The notes under the pieces are model-generated. The model did no database searches, was not told where the DNA came from, and was given only the letters and a program-made list of their open reading frames with translations. 64,000 nucleotides of DNA from Eledone cirrhosa (Eukaryota). The position numbers and the translations under genes are program-made. Below, in pieces: positions 1-15,117 of this stretch (position 1 is the stretch's first letter; every line of letters begins with the position of its first letter). The stretch covers positions 56,110,001-56,174,000 of the forward strand of contig OZ024745.1 in the NCBI GenBank assembly GCA_964016885.1, given 5' to 3'.

Positions 1-10
1 ATCTTTCTGG

Positions 11-52
<42 letters not shown>

Positions 53-105
53 CCAGAAAGAAGAGTGACACGGTTTGCTATTTAAAAAAGGTTTTTAATC
101 ACATT

Positions 106-210
106 GCTGACAATTGTTTCTCTGAACTGGTAGGTTTAGAGATCGCTACCCGCCTGTTTCGCGTCATTCGATCACCAATACATAGTTGTAACCAGTCAAT
201 TCATCAGAGC
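106..210 (-). ncRNA. Type I hammerhead ribozyme motif with long stem II insertion
   Basis: Minus strand: gct-CUGAUGA-(ugacuggu ...~60 nt... accaguuca)-GAAA-c aauu g-UC-agc. Stem I is only 3 bp. Confidence 0.55.
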
Positions 211-335
211 TAGTGAGAATGAAGGGAATACACGGGCATGGCTTCTTTAGCCAAGCGTTGATATCATCCACTACTCGGCGTACCCTAACTGGACTACACC
301 TAAGTGGACTATCTATAACAATAATCTGTTATCCC

Positions 336-391
<56 letters not shown>

Positions 392-2590
392 CTATGAGGT
401 AATTAGACTCACCTACTTGCAATTGGTGAGGCGTCGTGAGTACGGTTACACACACCGGAGAGGTTAACTCCATGATAATAATACGTGTGATCCTTGTAAT
501 TGCCTTGTTATCTTGCTTTGGCGTGTCATTAGACACATACCTGCGTTGATGTGTGTAGTCATCTTGTTGTGCAGATATTTCTTCACAAGTCCCACATCGG
601 TGGAGCAGCGCTAACGTATGCAGATTCGACAGACTAGAAGCACATAGTCACAAATCTATTCATTAGGGGCTCGAGTCATATCTTAACGTCACTTCCCTGT
701 TAACCTGAACAGCAACATGCTTCGGCGGAGTCCTGAACCTCATGGATGCAAATTTTAGGGACGCTGCTCAAGCGTACCATATAGGAAGGGTCTATTTCTG
801 TTTATGTTATTATGCATGAAATTGCAATGAACAGACTGCTGCATCTTCACCTCACCAGCCACCTTGCATGGGTACAATTTCGGAAATTAAATTAATATTG
901 CACAGCAGATTGAGATAGTAATGCCAGTTTACGCAACAGCTTGGAAGACCGCACAGTCGTTATGATGCACGGGAGACGATACCAAAACAAAGAACGGACA
1001 GAAAATTTACGGATAACCTTCTACAACACATACAGACATAAAAAGATTGCATTTAGAAATAAATAGACAAGGGTTCTAGAATGCGCAACCTATTATCGCT
1101 GGAAAGAATGAAAAGTTGAAAGTTTTGAATTCCGTCAGTGGAACGTGGTTGAGTTAGATATCATAATACGTGAGCCCTGCTACGTACCACGGCTAAGATA
1201 AACGATATATAAATAGTTTAAAATACAAAAAAAAATAAAAAATAAAAAATAAAAAGTAAAAAATTTCATTAGCTGATATATTATATTGAAGCTTACGAAA
1301 TTATACACGTAATAGTTACCTTAGAAGCTTGGTAAATTTAATAATAAAATGTTTTTCATGTTCCCGAATTTCGAAATGATAATATGCATATATATATATA
1401 TACAGATAACCATACATACAAACTTATATACATACATACAAACATATATACATACATACATAAAAACATGGATATATACATACATTCATACATACACAGG
1501 CCCCCACCTCCCCCCATATACATATATATATATATATATATATGCGTGTGTGTCTGTGTGTGCGCGCTTGGGCGTGCGTATGTGTGCCTGCGTTTGTTTT
1601 TGCTTTTACGTGTGTTTATGTGTGTATGTATTACGTAATTGCACTAATTAAACACCTCAAAGAATCAACTATAAGGGAAGAAAATATATTATATAAAAAA
1701 CACATCATAAGCAGGGGAACAAGTAAGATAAATTTAAATTAGATAATCATGGTGGTAACTTATATATAATAATACCTGATAGAATTTTTGAGAAGAGAAC
1801 GTATGGAAGAATCAATAATATTGATTGATGTAATTAGCAGAACTTCTCTATATATGCTAGAAGAAGTTAATGTTTTGAGATGAATGTAATATTTTGGGGA
1901 ATAATTTACAAAATTAATTTGTGAGCATGTAAGCTTAAAAGTAATGTTAATTAAAGTGTATGTTACCAGTAAATTGCTTCAATTGTGCAAGAAGTTATAT
2001 ATGTCATCATTGCGATAGGCGTATTCTAATTATACGTGAGTGGTTTAAAATATACATTATGTAAAAACGAACGATTAAAAGATCTAATATCATTGTAAGT
2101 ATAATTTAATTATATGCTGGGGGCTTTGCATACGCAAGGCCGAGAAGTGTTGTAAACAATCATTAAGTGTAGTGTTACACACTACACTTAATGTGTCACA
2201 TATAATATTCGCATATATAATTGTCGCATATAATACAGTTGTGGATGTGTACCTGATCGGCGTGGGTGTATAAGTGCCCGTATGTATCACGCCGGCGCAA
2301 AATTGGACATGAGTGAGGGCGCCTACAGTTTGAGAAGGCGGCGACATGGCACGAGCGGTTCAATCATACAACCCCTTACCAGCTACAGAAGTAATTCCGA
2401 TTTAAGAAACAACTTTGATTGACAGGTAGCGAATGAAAGGAAGCAAATATAGGACGGCCATGAGTGACCAAAAATACCGATGATGTGTACAATTATTGAC
2501 CACTCATAGAATGACAACAACAGGATCTAAGCTGCCGAGTGAAGGCCGCGGGTGTAACCGGACATTTGGAAATTCTGCTTCGTAGAATCG

Positions 2591-2688
2591 AGACGTATCT
2601 GAGGAGCCTTGCGATTTCAGAGTCAGGTTCGATCATTAGATCGATCATGCCTCGAGCTGGTCGCCAGAGAAACGATTGTAATATGTCT
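2591..2688 (+). ncRNA. Type I hammerhead ribozyme with extended stem II (family D)
   Basis: agacgtat-CTGAGGA-~63 nt-GAAA-cgattg-TA-atatgtct. Stem I is 8 bp and AATAAA follows immediately. Homologous to 24372-24459. Confidence 0.75.
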
Positions 2689-2804
2689 AATAAATTGTAT
2701 TCGTCATATCACTGATTCTCTGTTTCTTATGTGATATCATACTCTGCTCTGTAAGAGCATCGAGTGCTCAAACGGCCTAACGCTTACGGACGCTTTAAGC
2801 ATCC

Positions 2805-2866
<62 letters not shown>

Positions 2867-3059
2867 TACTCACATACACATAAACACATAAATGGCTTCA
2901 CGCACACTCACATGTATATATTTATATATATATATATCTCAGCCGGATGGCTGAAACAGGTAAAAGAGTAAAAGAGTATACATATATTATTTTATTCAAC
3001 CATTTGCTATTAGGTAGCACAGAGCATAGCTATCATCAGAGTTTATTAATATAAAAAAC

Positions 3060-3420
3060 GAATAATATAATATCAAGACAAATTATTCAAGAACAAAAGA
3101 TAATATATATTACTTATCTCATACATTCATTTAATTTGACATCAATACTTATTACACTTCTATATCCCTTAATTTACTGAACTGGGCTCTTATAATGGCA
3201 AAGAGATTAAGTGACCTTACTAGATCCCAAATAGATATAATTTTAGCAGCTCGTAAAATTACAATAGAATTTGATGGTAGTTTATGAACACGTAATAATA
3301 TTCCTAGTAATTTCGATATTACAATGGGGTCCAGTGTTTCAGTCGCCGATTTAGTCGAATTATATTTATTAATGGAAATAAGCAATAAGATGTTTATAGA
3401 TATTCCAGTGAATTCTGTAT
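3060..3420 (+). pseudogene. Penelope-like element reverse transcriptase fragment (decayed)
   Basis: Frame from 3135 reads FDINTYYTSISLNLLNWAL...IDIILAARK...*TR...FDITMGSS...DLVELYLL, matching PLE RT motifs (FDI..FYPSI / FDVTMGS..ELVGLYLL). In-frame stops are present. Confidence 0.8.
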
Positions 3421-4004
3421 AAGATACCTGGTGTACTTCAGACATTAATCGATTAAGGAAGGTTGAGAATGATAGTTACAAATTTATACGTCTAAGCACA
3501 AACATTTCAACTGATCGGAAATGACAACCTTATTGGCTGACATATCGTAGTGCATTTTGAAAAGTAAGGTGTAAGCAATGATTACATTTTTAATAATAGT
3601 TCAACTTGGAGAAGATAGTATATAGATATAATAAAGTGGTGGTGTATAACAATCGGTATTGAAATTGCTTAACTTCTTTTATACATATATTTATATTGGT
3701 TTCTACCGCCATCAATTTTCTGTTAAGAATTACAATTTGATCAAGAACGCAGTTTATTATGTGCTATATTGTGTCATAGAACAATAATGATATATAATTT
3801 TGTCAGACGGCAGAATTTTAGTGAGAATCTTGTGTTAATGTATTTCTTCGAACACTGTCATTTGTCTGTTATAAATAAATAAATAAATAAATGTATATGT
3901 ATATGTGTGTGTTTGTGTATGTGTGTGGTGTGTATGTGTTTGTGTGTGTGTTTGTGTGTTTGTGTGTGTGTTTGTGTGTGTGTGTGTGCGTTCGCGTGTG
4001 TGTA

Positions 4005-4083
<79 letters not shown>

Positions 4084-5976
4084 AACAATATATTTAAAAT
4101 GAGTGTAAGTCTATGCCACGTTATATACTTACACAATTTCGTTTTATAAGCGCTGAGTAAGTTAAAATCCTTCAAATATTAACAACACTTTAGAGTAAAA
4201 ATGACAGTCAAACAATGAGGGCATATAATGCCCCAGAGACGAAAAGGAGGACAGCACCCCACATGGGACTCGGAGTCATTTTTGTTATATAACGTGTGGG
4301 CGTGCGTCTGATTATACGAATTGACACTGTACGCAAGTCACGAAACTCCGCTCCTTGCATTTTTCTTGGAGGTTTCTGAAACAAAGTCGATGTCAGGTGT
4401 GACTTTGTTAGTTTTGATTGCACATTGCTTTATAGTAGATATTTTTCCGTAATAATCACCACTACTTTATTCATGTCTAACCTTTTGAGGAGTTTCCCAA
4501 CACTGGAGAGCTGAACTATTCCTCACTAGTTAGAAGTCTGATTTCACGATTGGTTTCTTGTTTCATGATGACTTTATCGTGAAGCATGATGTGCAATGCT
4601 GTCCTTCAAATCTGCGATTTTTTTCATTTTTCGGCTCCTTTTTTCTCTCTTTCAATATTGTTTATATCGTCTAGCTCTGCTTAAATTTAGTGGTGAGGGG
4701 TACGATGTATTCCTGAGATGATGAAAATATCCTATGGATTCAGGATAGATGTTCTGTGAATAGCGTATATAAACGGGCACGATGCAGTGGGCTCTGTATT
4801 TGGTATAAAAGGCCTTACGCCACCTTCAAAGCTTCGTAATCACAGCCGATATAGTGACCGATATCTGCACAAATTTGTCTTTCTTTTGTAACGTTGGTCC
4901 ACTAATCGTGCTAAATCGCTCACAACCTGCAAAATCTTCTAACTCAATATCTAATTACACCTTTATTCAACGCTGTGTTGAAATTCTCACACCACTTTTT
5001 TCTACCCTTGTTAGAAATTGACTCTGTAGCATCTAGTTCCATATTTCTATATTTTAGCTATATCTGTAGCACGTAACCTTATCTGAAGACAAATATATCA
5101 AAGAAATTGTAACATTCAAATTATACTTTATTGTAGAAAGCCATACTATATATTTTTCTCGAGACTGGATTTATTCTAACTTATCTACAAAATAATTTTG
5201 TTTATTTCAATAAACGTTTTAAGGTTTGTATGATTTACAGATAATTTAGATTAGTATTGTATTGTATAACAATTCGATGCAGCGATTTCTTTATTTCTCA
5301 TTTTCCTAGATTATATAAGTTTGTTTATTCTATGCACTAAACATGATAACAGAACATTACAATCGCGATAGTTTTCCAGAAGCTTTTATCACCAAAACAG
5401 CAGTAAGTACGTTTAATTCTCGAATCGAAACAGCATGATGAATTTGATTTGCTTGAAGCAAAAGTTCTTGTTATTTAGCGTTTGCTATCACCATGCGAGA
5501 AGTATTAAGAAATATCAATTTGTACTATCTGCAAACTTCTGTTTTGCCTTTTATGACGCAATAAAATATATTTCTAAAATAGGTTTAGAAAACTAGAAAG
5601 GAAGATTACTAATAAATATGAAATATAGAAAGTTGTTTCAGAGATTTATGTTTTCAGACAAATCCAAAATAATTAGAATAACGACTGCTTTACATTTGAA
5701 AAAAGGTTTCATCACGGGGAAGCTGATATATATTGAAGAAGAGAAAATTACTTTCTCATGGACGACAATGGTTTCGTACATTGTTACAATTACTGTGATT
5801 TAGAGCAGAGGTAAATGTGTTTGTGACAAGAAAATTATTTTGCCAATAAATCATATCCCAGTTGAAAACTCAATTCAGCGAATGTTCTTTCCTAAGTCAT
5901 AAACGCGCATCATAAATAATAGACACTCTTTCACATTCTCCCTCCCAATTACCCTATCTTTCTCTCTCACTTATCT

Positions 5977-6009
<33 letters not shown>

Positions 6010-6674
6010 CCCAATATCGCCATCGTCTCTAATCCCTGTCTACGTTCTGTCGCTTTTACCATTATTGATATCGTTCTTGTTATTTTGCCCTAGATTATCA
6101 TGTGTGCAATGATATATTATCTCTTTCGGCTTTGCGACAACTTACTTTTTCCACTTTCAATGTAGCTGTTCGACTCAGACTATTCTCTCCCCCATATTAA
6201 GATTTCCGTAGGTCTCCCCGATGAAAGTATTTGGACTAGGCAATCGATGGGAGCATATCATTATCGTTCATGGCAACATACACCAATGCACAATTCGAGA
6301 GAGTCATATCTAATATACACCTAGTGTGTCAGGCAAATATAATATTTGATCTTTAACCAATTGTTATATATAATTTTATAAGTATTGGGTTTGATTCTTT
6401 TGTTGTTGTTTTTGATTTTCCGCTTATCCAAATAATCATTAGCCTACAGTACAAGCCACATATTAATTTGTATTGAACATACATTATTCCACACCGAGGC
6501 ACATAAGTTGTTATCAGAGAGTGTTTGTTAATATATTGACGAGTCAAAATGACGTTATATATATTATTTATCATGTAACTTGTTCTTTTTTTTTTGGGGG
6601 GGGGGGGGTCCTTCATTTTTCTGGCTAATACATATCTGGTGGTCGATTTTAAATACAAATATGTCTTATCAGTG

Positions 6675-6965
6675 GGTCTGCTAATATGCACACCTGATGG
6701 ATCAGCCAGTCGGCTAATATACAAATCAGGCCGATCAGTCACTGTATATTCCAGAAAATGTCATATTTTCGCTAGCGCTGACGGTTGGCAGGTAAGCAGT
6801 TTACGTCATTGATGAAGGGTAATCACCCAGAAGTATTAGTGTCCACCGTTCTGTTTATATGCCAACACATGAGCAAGAAATGTGGGGTTATTCTACTGAC
6901 ATGGCTTAAATAGGTTGTGTGCATAATAGCAAAAGAAACGAATATTATTATTAATATTCGAAAAT
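6675..6965 (+). repeat. Diverged copy of HHR-bearing repeat, inverted relative to 7675-7945, with degenerate core
   Basis: Shares aatcaggccgatcagtcactg, ttggcaggt, tgccaacac and attctactgacatggct with the reverse complement of 7675-7945. Core reads ttgatga...gaag. Confidence 0.7.
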
Positions 6966-6998
6966 CTCAGATTTATATTTCTTATATATATATGTATG

Positions 6999-7083
<85 letters not shown>

Positions 7084-7105
7084 CATATATATATATATAT
7101 GTGTG

Positions 7106-7137
<32 letters not shown>

Positions 7138-7149
7138 AATGTATATATG

Positions 7150-7231
<82 letters not shown>

Positions 7232-7578
7232 TACACACACGCACACGCGCGCGCGCACTACTTGGTTCCATTGCAATTAACATGATTTAGTAAATAAATT
7301 TGTTCAAGATACCCATAATTTTGGACTCGAAACCCATTGTTGCATAGAATTATTCTCTTTTGGCATCTATTCTCTATAAATATTCCTATTGGTAGAAGCC
7401 ATTTATATCTTTAACTGCCTTCGTACAGTTCTAAATATTTATATTGTAGCAACCACTGTCCACCTTTTCCCCGACTACAAGTGGTCTTAACCCAATGTAC
7501 CAATCTATTATTTATAGCACTCTACTATGTTAACAGTGACTTTGAGCGTCTGCGTTTCCTACCTTTTCTATGTATGCA

Positions 7579-7679
<101 letters not shown>

Positions 7680-7792
7680 AATATTGATAATAATATTCGA
7701 TTCGTTTGCAATTATGCAAACAAACCTCATTTTGAAAGCCATGTCAGTAGAATGAACCCCTCATCCTTGCTCTTGTGTTGGCATGTAAACAG

Positions 7793-7840
7793 AACTGCAG
7801 ACACTAATGTTTCTGAGTATTTCCCTTCATCAGTACAGTT
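7793..7840 (-). ncRNA. Type I hammerhead ribozyme (minimal)
   Basis: aactgta-CUGAUGA-a ggg aaaua cuc a-GAAA-ca uuag ug-UC-ugcaguu. Stem I is 7 bp with a GUC site. Confidence 0.8.
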
Positions 7841-7992
7841 CACCTGCCAACTGTCAGAACTAGTGAAAATATATGGTATTTTCTAAAACATGCAGTGACT
7901 GATCGGCCTGATTTGCATATCAGCAGACTGGCCAGTCTGTTTCCTGTATACGAGCGATCAATGGCCGGCTTTGCCATATTCAAATAAATTAA

Positions 7993-8035
<43 letters not shown>

Positions 8036-8047
8036 CAAATGTATATA

Positions 8048-8109
<62 letters not shown>

Positions 8110-8113
8110 TATA

Positions 8114-8233
<120 letters not shown>

Positions 8234-8677
8234 CTGAAACGTCACAGGTGTTTGTTGAAGATACATCAATATCTCAATTGAAGTAAACCGCTTGATATTT
8301 TGTAATGTGGAAGCTAACCGGTGGCACTAATGAGACATAACGTATGGATGAGCATGTCACATTGGATCCACCACATTTCCGTCTCCAAGGCTAGAAAGAA
8401 AGATAGCTAAATTATACGTCATTTGAGCATTAGAGTCAGCAATAATTATAGCATTTCCGTGTAGTATATTTATTCATTCCTTTCTGCATTTGACGTGTCT
8501 CAGCAAATACAGCTATTGAGAGAATTTACATGCAATTTACGACTACAATATATATTGTCTCGATTGTAGAAACTGCAGAAAATATCCTCTAAGAGTAAAG
8601 AAATTAACATACAGGTAGATTTGCAGACATACATACATTCATTCTCACAAACACGTGCACACATACATAATACATAC

Positions 8678-8754
<77 letters not shown>

Positions 8755-8844
8755 AATATGTATATATATATATATATGTGTGTGTGTATATATATGTATA
8801 TATGTGTGTGTTTGTGTGTCTGTAAATATGAAGGTATATAAGCG

Positions 8845-8921
<77 letters not shown>

Positions 8922-9756
8922 ATATGTGTGTGTGTCTATGCGTGTGTGAATTTATGCTGAGCACACATACAGTGTAAGTGAAAAGATAAGGGAAAAGGGC
9001 GGCATTGGAGAAAACAGAGTAAGTGATTTATTGTCTTAGAGTTGTAAGCAAAGTTATAAATATGCATAATGTTACATTTTCAGACATTATATGACTCACA
9101 GAGTCGTATGTATAGCGATGCCATATGCACATTTTATGTTGCTTTCCTTTATAATTCGAAATAATGTTCTTTTATAAAGCTATTAAGTTGTTAATTGGTA
9201 TGTATACGAATAAAATTGCATGCCAATGCCTTGCCATCGTTATTTCCTATATAAAATTCTATTTAATTTACGCCGTGTGTTTGTTTTAATTATGAGTAAT
9301 TATAAAAGGTATTTAGTAATAATGATTTGTAGTATTTCCCTTTCCACTGAACGAATAATTATTTCATCAAATATAATTAGTTTCATTTTAGTTGTTCTCA
9401 TATTTTTGATAAAGTCATTCATTAAAAATTACCATTGATAGCTTTTGGCTGATATATCTAGATAGTAATGGGAAATGATAGCTGTACAATTTATTACACT
9501 ATTAATATACATCATCAGTAGCTGTATGGTGCATGTATTAAAATCTTAAGCTATTGTTCGACATTTATTTCACTTTCTCGCCAATGCTGTGGAAATAGAC
9601 TTTAACGCATATCCTATATTTTCATATTAGCTATGAAATATATACATACATACTCACGCATACGTGCATACATACTTATACACATAAATGTATACATGTA
9701 TACATATATATGTGTGTATGAGTGTATGTATGTGCGTGTGTATGTCTTTCTCTCTG

Positions 9757-9811
<55 letters not shown>

Positions 9812-10249
9812 CAAGAATAAGCTAGATAAACACATGTATAGCAATAGACAAAGTTTTGGGAATGAAAATAAAAAAGGAAAGGGAAGTAAATTAGATATGT
9901 CAACGTGTCGGACAAAGCTCACCAGGAAAGCCGAAAATTCGAAGAGAGATGAGATTAGAAAATTGGAGGTGAGAAGGATGGTTTTGACCGTTATTCACTA
10001 TTCTAGCAACAATAAATGAACATATTCACTGGCAATAGAATTAAGGCGACGGGGACAACCACACGTTATTGCAGACAATCTCTCTCTGGATCTTTACACA
10101 ATGGCGGCTACTGGTTGACAGTCATTCATGCATAAATCATTGAGCAATTGTGCTGTCCGTCTCATCCAAGAATGCTGTAGCAGATCATCTATTCTGATAT
10201 AAAAGAGTGGGTGATAACACGGATCCTAAATATATCTTGCTCAGTTGTC

Positions 10250-12160
10250 TTGTTATCCAATACTTCTGCCTACCCACTGGTCTAGCTGTCATATGGAGCC
10301 CCGAGCATGCTCCTTTCTGCTGATACGGTCATACCTTCAGCCACTGGGGTCCAACAGGGTGACCCTTTGGACACTCTCCTATTTGCTCTTGGTATAGACC
10401 ACATTGCCTGGAGTATCACGGTCCCTCTCAACGTTTGGTACCTGGATGATGCTACGTTGGGCGGGCCCGTATAGATTGTCTGCCACGACCTACATTAGAT
10501 GGTTCCTGCTCTGGCGGGAATCGGCCTCCAGGTCAAGTCGAGCAAGTCGGAGGTGCTGAATATCAAACGACGATGCTGAGAGCTTTGCAGCCTCCATCTC
10601 GGACGAGCGGTCCATTCTCCTCTAGGTACAGTTGACACCTAAAGAGAATGTCCTCAACTTTGGGTCACCGATCCACCATCAGCGCCACCATCAGGTCCAG
10701 GCTCCAGCAACTCAAGACCCTCAAGAGCCGACTGGGAATGATTGATACCCACCCTGCCCCCTTCCTGTTCAGGAACTGCTTCGCCATGTCGAAGCTCACA
10801 TATACCCTTCGCCATGCTCCGTGCTACAGCCAGGCATCCCTCCTTGCTGACCTCGACACTTGTATCCAAGCGGCAGATGAGGAGATATGCAACGTCATGT
10901 TTAACGATATTAGATGGTAACAAGCCACCGTACGTGTTAGATATGGGGGCCTTGGCCTCCGGCCCCCGATCTCGATGGCTTTGCCAGCATTTCGTACGTC
11001 GGTAGCCTCAGGCTGTTTCCTCGTCAACAGGGTTCTCCTAAACACAATTGAACCCACTGTTATCGAGGAACGTAAGGCCGCCTGCGAGGCGTGGTACCGG
11101 CTTAGACTTAGCCCAGTAGACGTACCTCTTCCTTCACCCCCTACTGACGTCAAGTCACCTCAGAGAATCTGGGATGTCAACCAGTGCAGCATGGGCTCAG
11201 ACAGGCTAGGGCGCCAGCTCGACCAACACCGCCTTGCCTGTTTTCGGGCGGCCTCACAACCCTACAATAGTGCCTGGCTCCATGCCTTGCCCGCCTTCTC
11301 CACTGGCACGCAGCTGGACAACGATAGCCTGCACATCGGGGTTTCCCTGAGGCTTGGCCTCCGGATCTGCGAGCCACACAAATGTCGCTGCGGATCCACC
11401 GTGGACGTTTTTGGCCTCTACCCGCTTTCCTGTCGCTACAGTTCTGGCCGCCTTCCCCACCATGCCGCCCTCAACGAGGTCATAAAGCATGGCTTGAATG
11501 CTGCAGGCTTCCCCTCCCAGATTGAGCTGGTAGTGCTGGACCGAAGGGACGGCAAATGGCCAGACGGTATGACCATCTTCCCGTTCCGCGGTGGCAAACC
11601 ACTCATTTGGGATGCCACTTGGAGAGACACTTTCTCCATCCGCAACCTGGTGCAGTCTGCGACTAACCCTAGTGCTGCTGTATTTCGCGCTTAGGAGGGC
11701 AAACCCTCCAAGTATCGGTCGCCCTACGACAGGTTTGCGGTCGTGCCCCTAGCAGTGGAGACTTCTGGTGTCCTTGGTCCTAGGGCTACCTGCCTAGGGA
11801 CCACCATAGGCGGTGAGCTGTTTAGCTGCAGGTGTGAGCTTCGCGATCTGGAATGGCTCTTCCAGCGCATCTCCCTTACCATCATCCGGGGAAACGCCTT
11901 CTCCATTCTGTCCGCCGGGCCAGCACGTGGGACTCCATTTGCTCATAATACGGAGAGATGGGGATGGCGAGAGAGATGAAGGCTATGACAGTGGGAGTTC
12001 GGCTCTTCCGTGTTCGGACACATTTATCAGACTGTAGGCTTTATGTACTTGTTTCTATTGTATATGTAGCACGATTCTGGTTGAGTTCCACGAATCGGCG
12101 AATACTGTGTATATGGGGTCGTAAACTCTGTATACTAGCTAGTTTCATGAATTAAATTTA
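10250..12160 (+). mobile_element. CRE-clade (RLE) non-LTR retrotransposon, 5'-truncated and decayed
   Basis: RT motifs GVQQGDPL and WYLDDATLGG (10346-10465). C-terminal region has HKCRCG..LSC, HAALN, PDGMT..W DAT, K..KY and PLAVETSG.LG, i.e. zinc-knuckle plus restriction-like endonuclease motifs. GC-rich island with stops and frameshifts. Confidence 0.85.
10975..11694 (+). pseudogene. CRE ORF C-terminal piece (zinc knuckle plus RLE nuclease)
   Basis: The 239-aa ORF contains SAWLHALP, LRLGLRICEPHKCRCG and PDGMTIFPF...LIWDAT. Confidence 0.8.
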
Positions 12161-12179
12161 TCTTTGATAAATATGTCTC

Positions 12180-12590
12180 TGCCAAATGCCAGCCTATTGC
12201 ATTCACCTCTAGTATTGTCTAACAACTTGAATCTCCCTCCTTATTAAAGGAACATCGATATGGTTTTCGTGAAACTAGATTTACTGGAAACCTATCCTTT
12301 TGCATCACTCACAAGAAAGAAAAAAATTTAGACAAGTTTAACAAATGTAATTATTTCACTTCCAACGAAGTATTTCGCCCGTGTATGGAACACGAATCTC
12401 CAGTTATATTTTCCCGCAATAAAAATCCATACAGCTTCTGTTTTGTGGAACAGTGTCCTTTTATTAGATAGCAATACCACACCGTAAGCTAACACGGATC
12501 TCACAGACATATACATGTTCACATAGGCTCTATCCTTGGACCAGTTTCAGTAACATTCTTCATTCTGTACAGCACCGACAAACTTGCCGT
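12180..12590 (+). pseudogene. Highly decayed LINE RT fragment (Jockey/CR1-group like)
   Basis: Motifs in the correct order: QPIAFTS..LES, HRYGFRETRFTGNL, KYFARVW and GSILGP. Confidence 0.55.
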
Positions 12591-12906
12591 TGCACCTAAC
12601 AATGCCATCTCTTAAATATATAACACAGTTTAGTGGTTCTTAACTTTCTACACCAAAGTCTCCTTGTCATGCACCATAGGATCATGTTTATCTTGTTTCT
12701 TCAATAGCAGGTAAAAGATTTTATTATGATATCAAAACAACACCTTTGCTCATTATCCGTTTTAAATATCAATATCCTGTGACTAAAGACTGTTCTGAGT
12801 TTCACTATCACTAAAGATCTCATCTAATGGAAGTACACACACAAACACACAATACACACACTCACACCCACGCACACACACACATATATTTATATATATA
12901 TATATA

Positions 12907-12970
<64 letters not shown>

Positions 12971-13064
12971 TATATATATATATATACATATATACATATA
13001 GTAATAATAATAAATTTGAAGACTAAAATCTGTTATTTTAATATATTAATAGACATATATATAT

Positions 13065-13136
<72 letters not shown>

Positions 13137-13155
13137 ACATATATGTATATATATG

Positions 13156-13186
<31 letters not shown>

Positions 13187-13331
13187 ACATATATGTATAT
13201 ATATGTATATATATATATGTATGTATGTATACATATATGTATATATATATATATATGTATGTATGTATACATATATGTATATATATGTATATATATATAT
13301 GTATGTGTGTATACATATATGTATATATATG

Positions 13332-13433
<102 letters not shown>

Positions 13434-13522
13434 AATTCCGTCGGAAAGGTCCAGGAAAAAAGAGTGCTCTAATATGTGTGTGTATATATATATATATTTA
13501 TATATATATATATATATATATA

Positions 13523-13555
<33 letters not shown>

Positions 13556-14116
13556 GCTACATAGGAACCTATTGAATGCAACGAAAATTAAATTTCACCA
13601 CGTATATTTAATTAGTAAACACTGTGATTGGACTTAATTATTCTTTATGGTTCAGTGACTATTAAAATTGCAAGTATTGACCCGGGAGATTTACAGAAAA
13701 TCTAGATAATGATGAAAACAATTCATTAATGTATATTACCGTACATTTTATTTCTACTTTCATTTCCGATTCACCATACTTTTTAGTTAATTTATTTTAA
13801 TAAAACTTCATATATTTTTATCATCATTCCTCTTAAATTTTTTTTAATGTTTTTCCCTATTTCACTAGCAATTATTATTTCGTGGTTTTGAATTCGATTA
13901 TCTACTCACATTTAGTTATATAATTTCACAAAATTTATTAAGTTATAATTTCTGTCATATTTTTCTTTCTTTACATGTTTTTCCAACCGAGTAGTTACAA
14001 CAGAAATAAAACACATACACGTATACACACACATACGCTCACACACACTCTCTCACACACACACACACACATATACATATATGTATATATATATATACAT
14101 ATATATATATATTTAC

Positions 14117-14148
<32 letters not shown>

Positions 14149-14469
14149 ATTACCGATATACCAACTTCAATGGTTTGAATCCTTGTGCGTAATAGAGACA
14201 CAAGCATGTATATGCATATAAGTATATATGTACATTATATATATAATATATATATGTTGTAATAATTAATATTTTAATCACCTAATGAGAAATAATAGGA
14301 AAACATAATAAAAGAGAATAAATTCTAAAATATAACAAAGTATTTAATGGATGTTTTTGCTTTTTCACTGGAAAGAATAAAAGACAAAATCTAGAATATG
14401 AAAAAACATTAATTATGGAAATGCATATGAAGAGAAATGAAAACGATTTTACCAATTAAACCAAAGGAA

Positions 14470-14957
14470 CTTAGTCTTAGTCTTAGATTCTTCCGCGTCG
14501 TTCGGCGCATCGAGCAGTAAGTACTCGCCAACGGTCACGATCAGCGGCAACTTTTTCGAGATAATGCCAGGTGATGCTGGCTGCCATCAGATCCTTCCGG
14601 AACGTTCGTCGCCAGGTGATCCTTCGGCAACCCCGCCTCCCTTTACCTCAGGCGGAGTCCAGTTCATCGCTGTTTTCGAATGACGTTCATTTGGCAGACG
14701 CAGAATATGGCCAGCCAGACGGCACCGACGCTCCGTTACCACGACTGGGCTTTCCGCAGGATCTCCTCGTTTCGCAATAGGTCGCGCCAGGACACACGAA
14801 AGATCTTTCCCGGGCACCGCTGGTGGAAAGCGTTCAGCCGTCTCTCTATTTTTGACGTACTCTTCCAGGTCTCGCTCGCATAAAGCACTGTCGGCACCAC
14901 GATGCTCTTGTACAGGCGGCGCTTGGTCTTGGTGCTAATGCATGAAGACGACCACAC
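14470..14957 (-). mobile_element. RTE-clade LINE 3' fragment with (CTAAGA)n tail
   Basis: TKRRLYKSIVVPTVLYASETW...LNAFHQRC...NEEIL...LAGHILR...W.RT...DRDRWR, then a short tandem tail at 14470-14490. Confidence 0.9.
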
Positions 14958-14993
<36 letters not shown>

Positions 14994-15051
14994 CATATAT
15001 AAATACATATATTTATATATATGCATATATATATATGTATATATATAGATA

Positions 15052-15103
<52 letters not shown>

Positions 15104-15117
15104 TTACAATAATCAAA

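Noticed and set aside
1630-1885. Possible GIY-YIG C-terminal remnant upstream of the 2591 HHR
   Set aside because: Only vague similarity (ALIKHL, RERMEESII); not supportable.
3005-3045. CUGAUGA with a hairpin on the minus strand
   Set aside because: No GAAA/UH half of the core.
6211-6255. ccgatga...gggag HHR-like trace
   Set aside because: GAAA is missing; too degenerate.
10130-10230. GSVLSPTL RT-like motif on the minus strand
   Set aside because: A single short motif with no supportable flanking frame.
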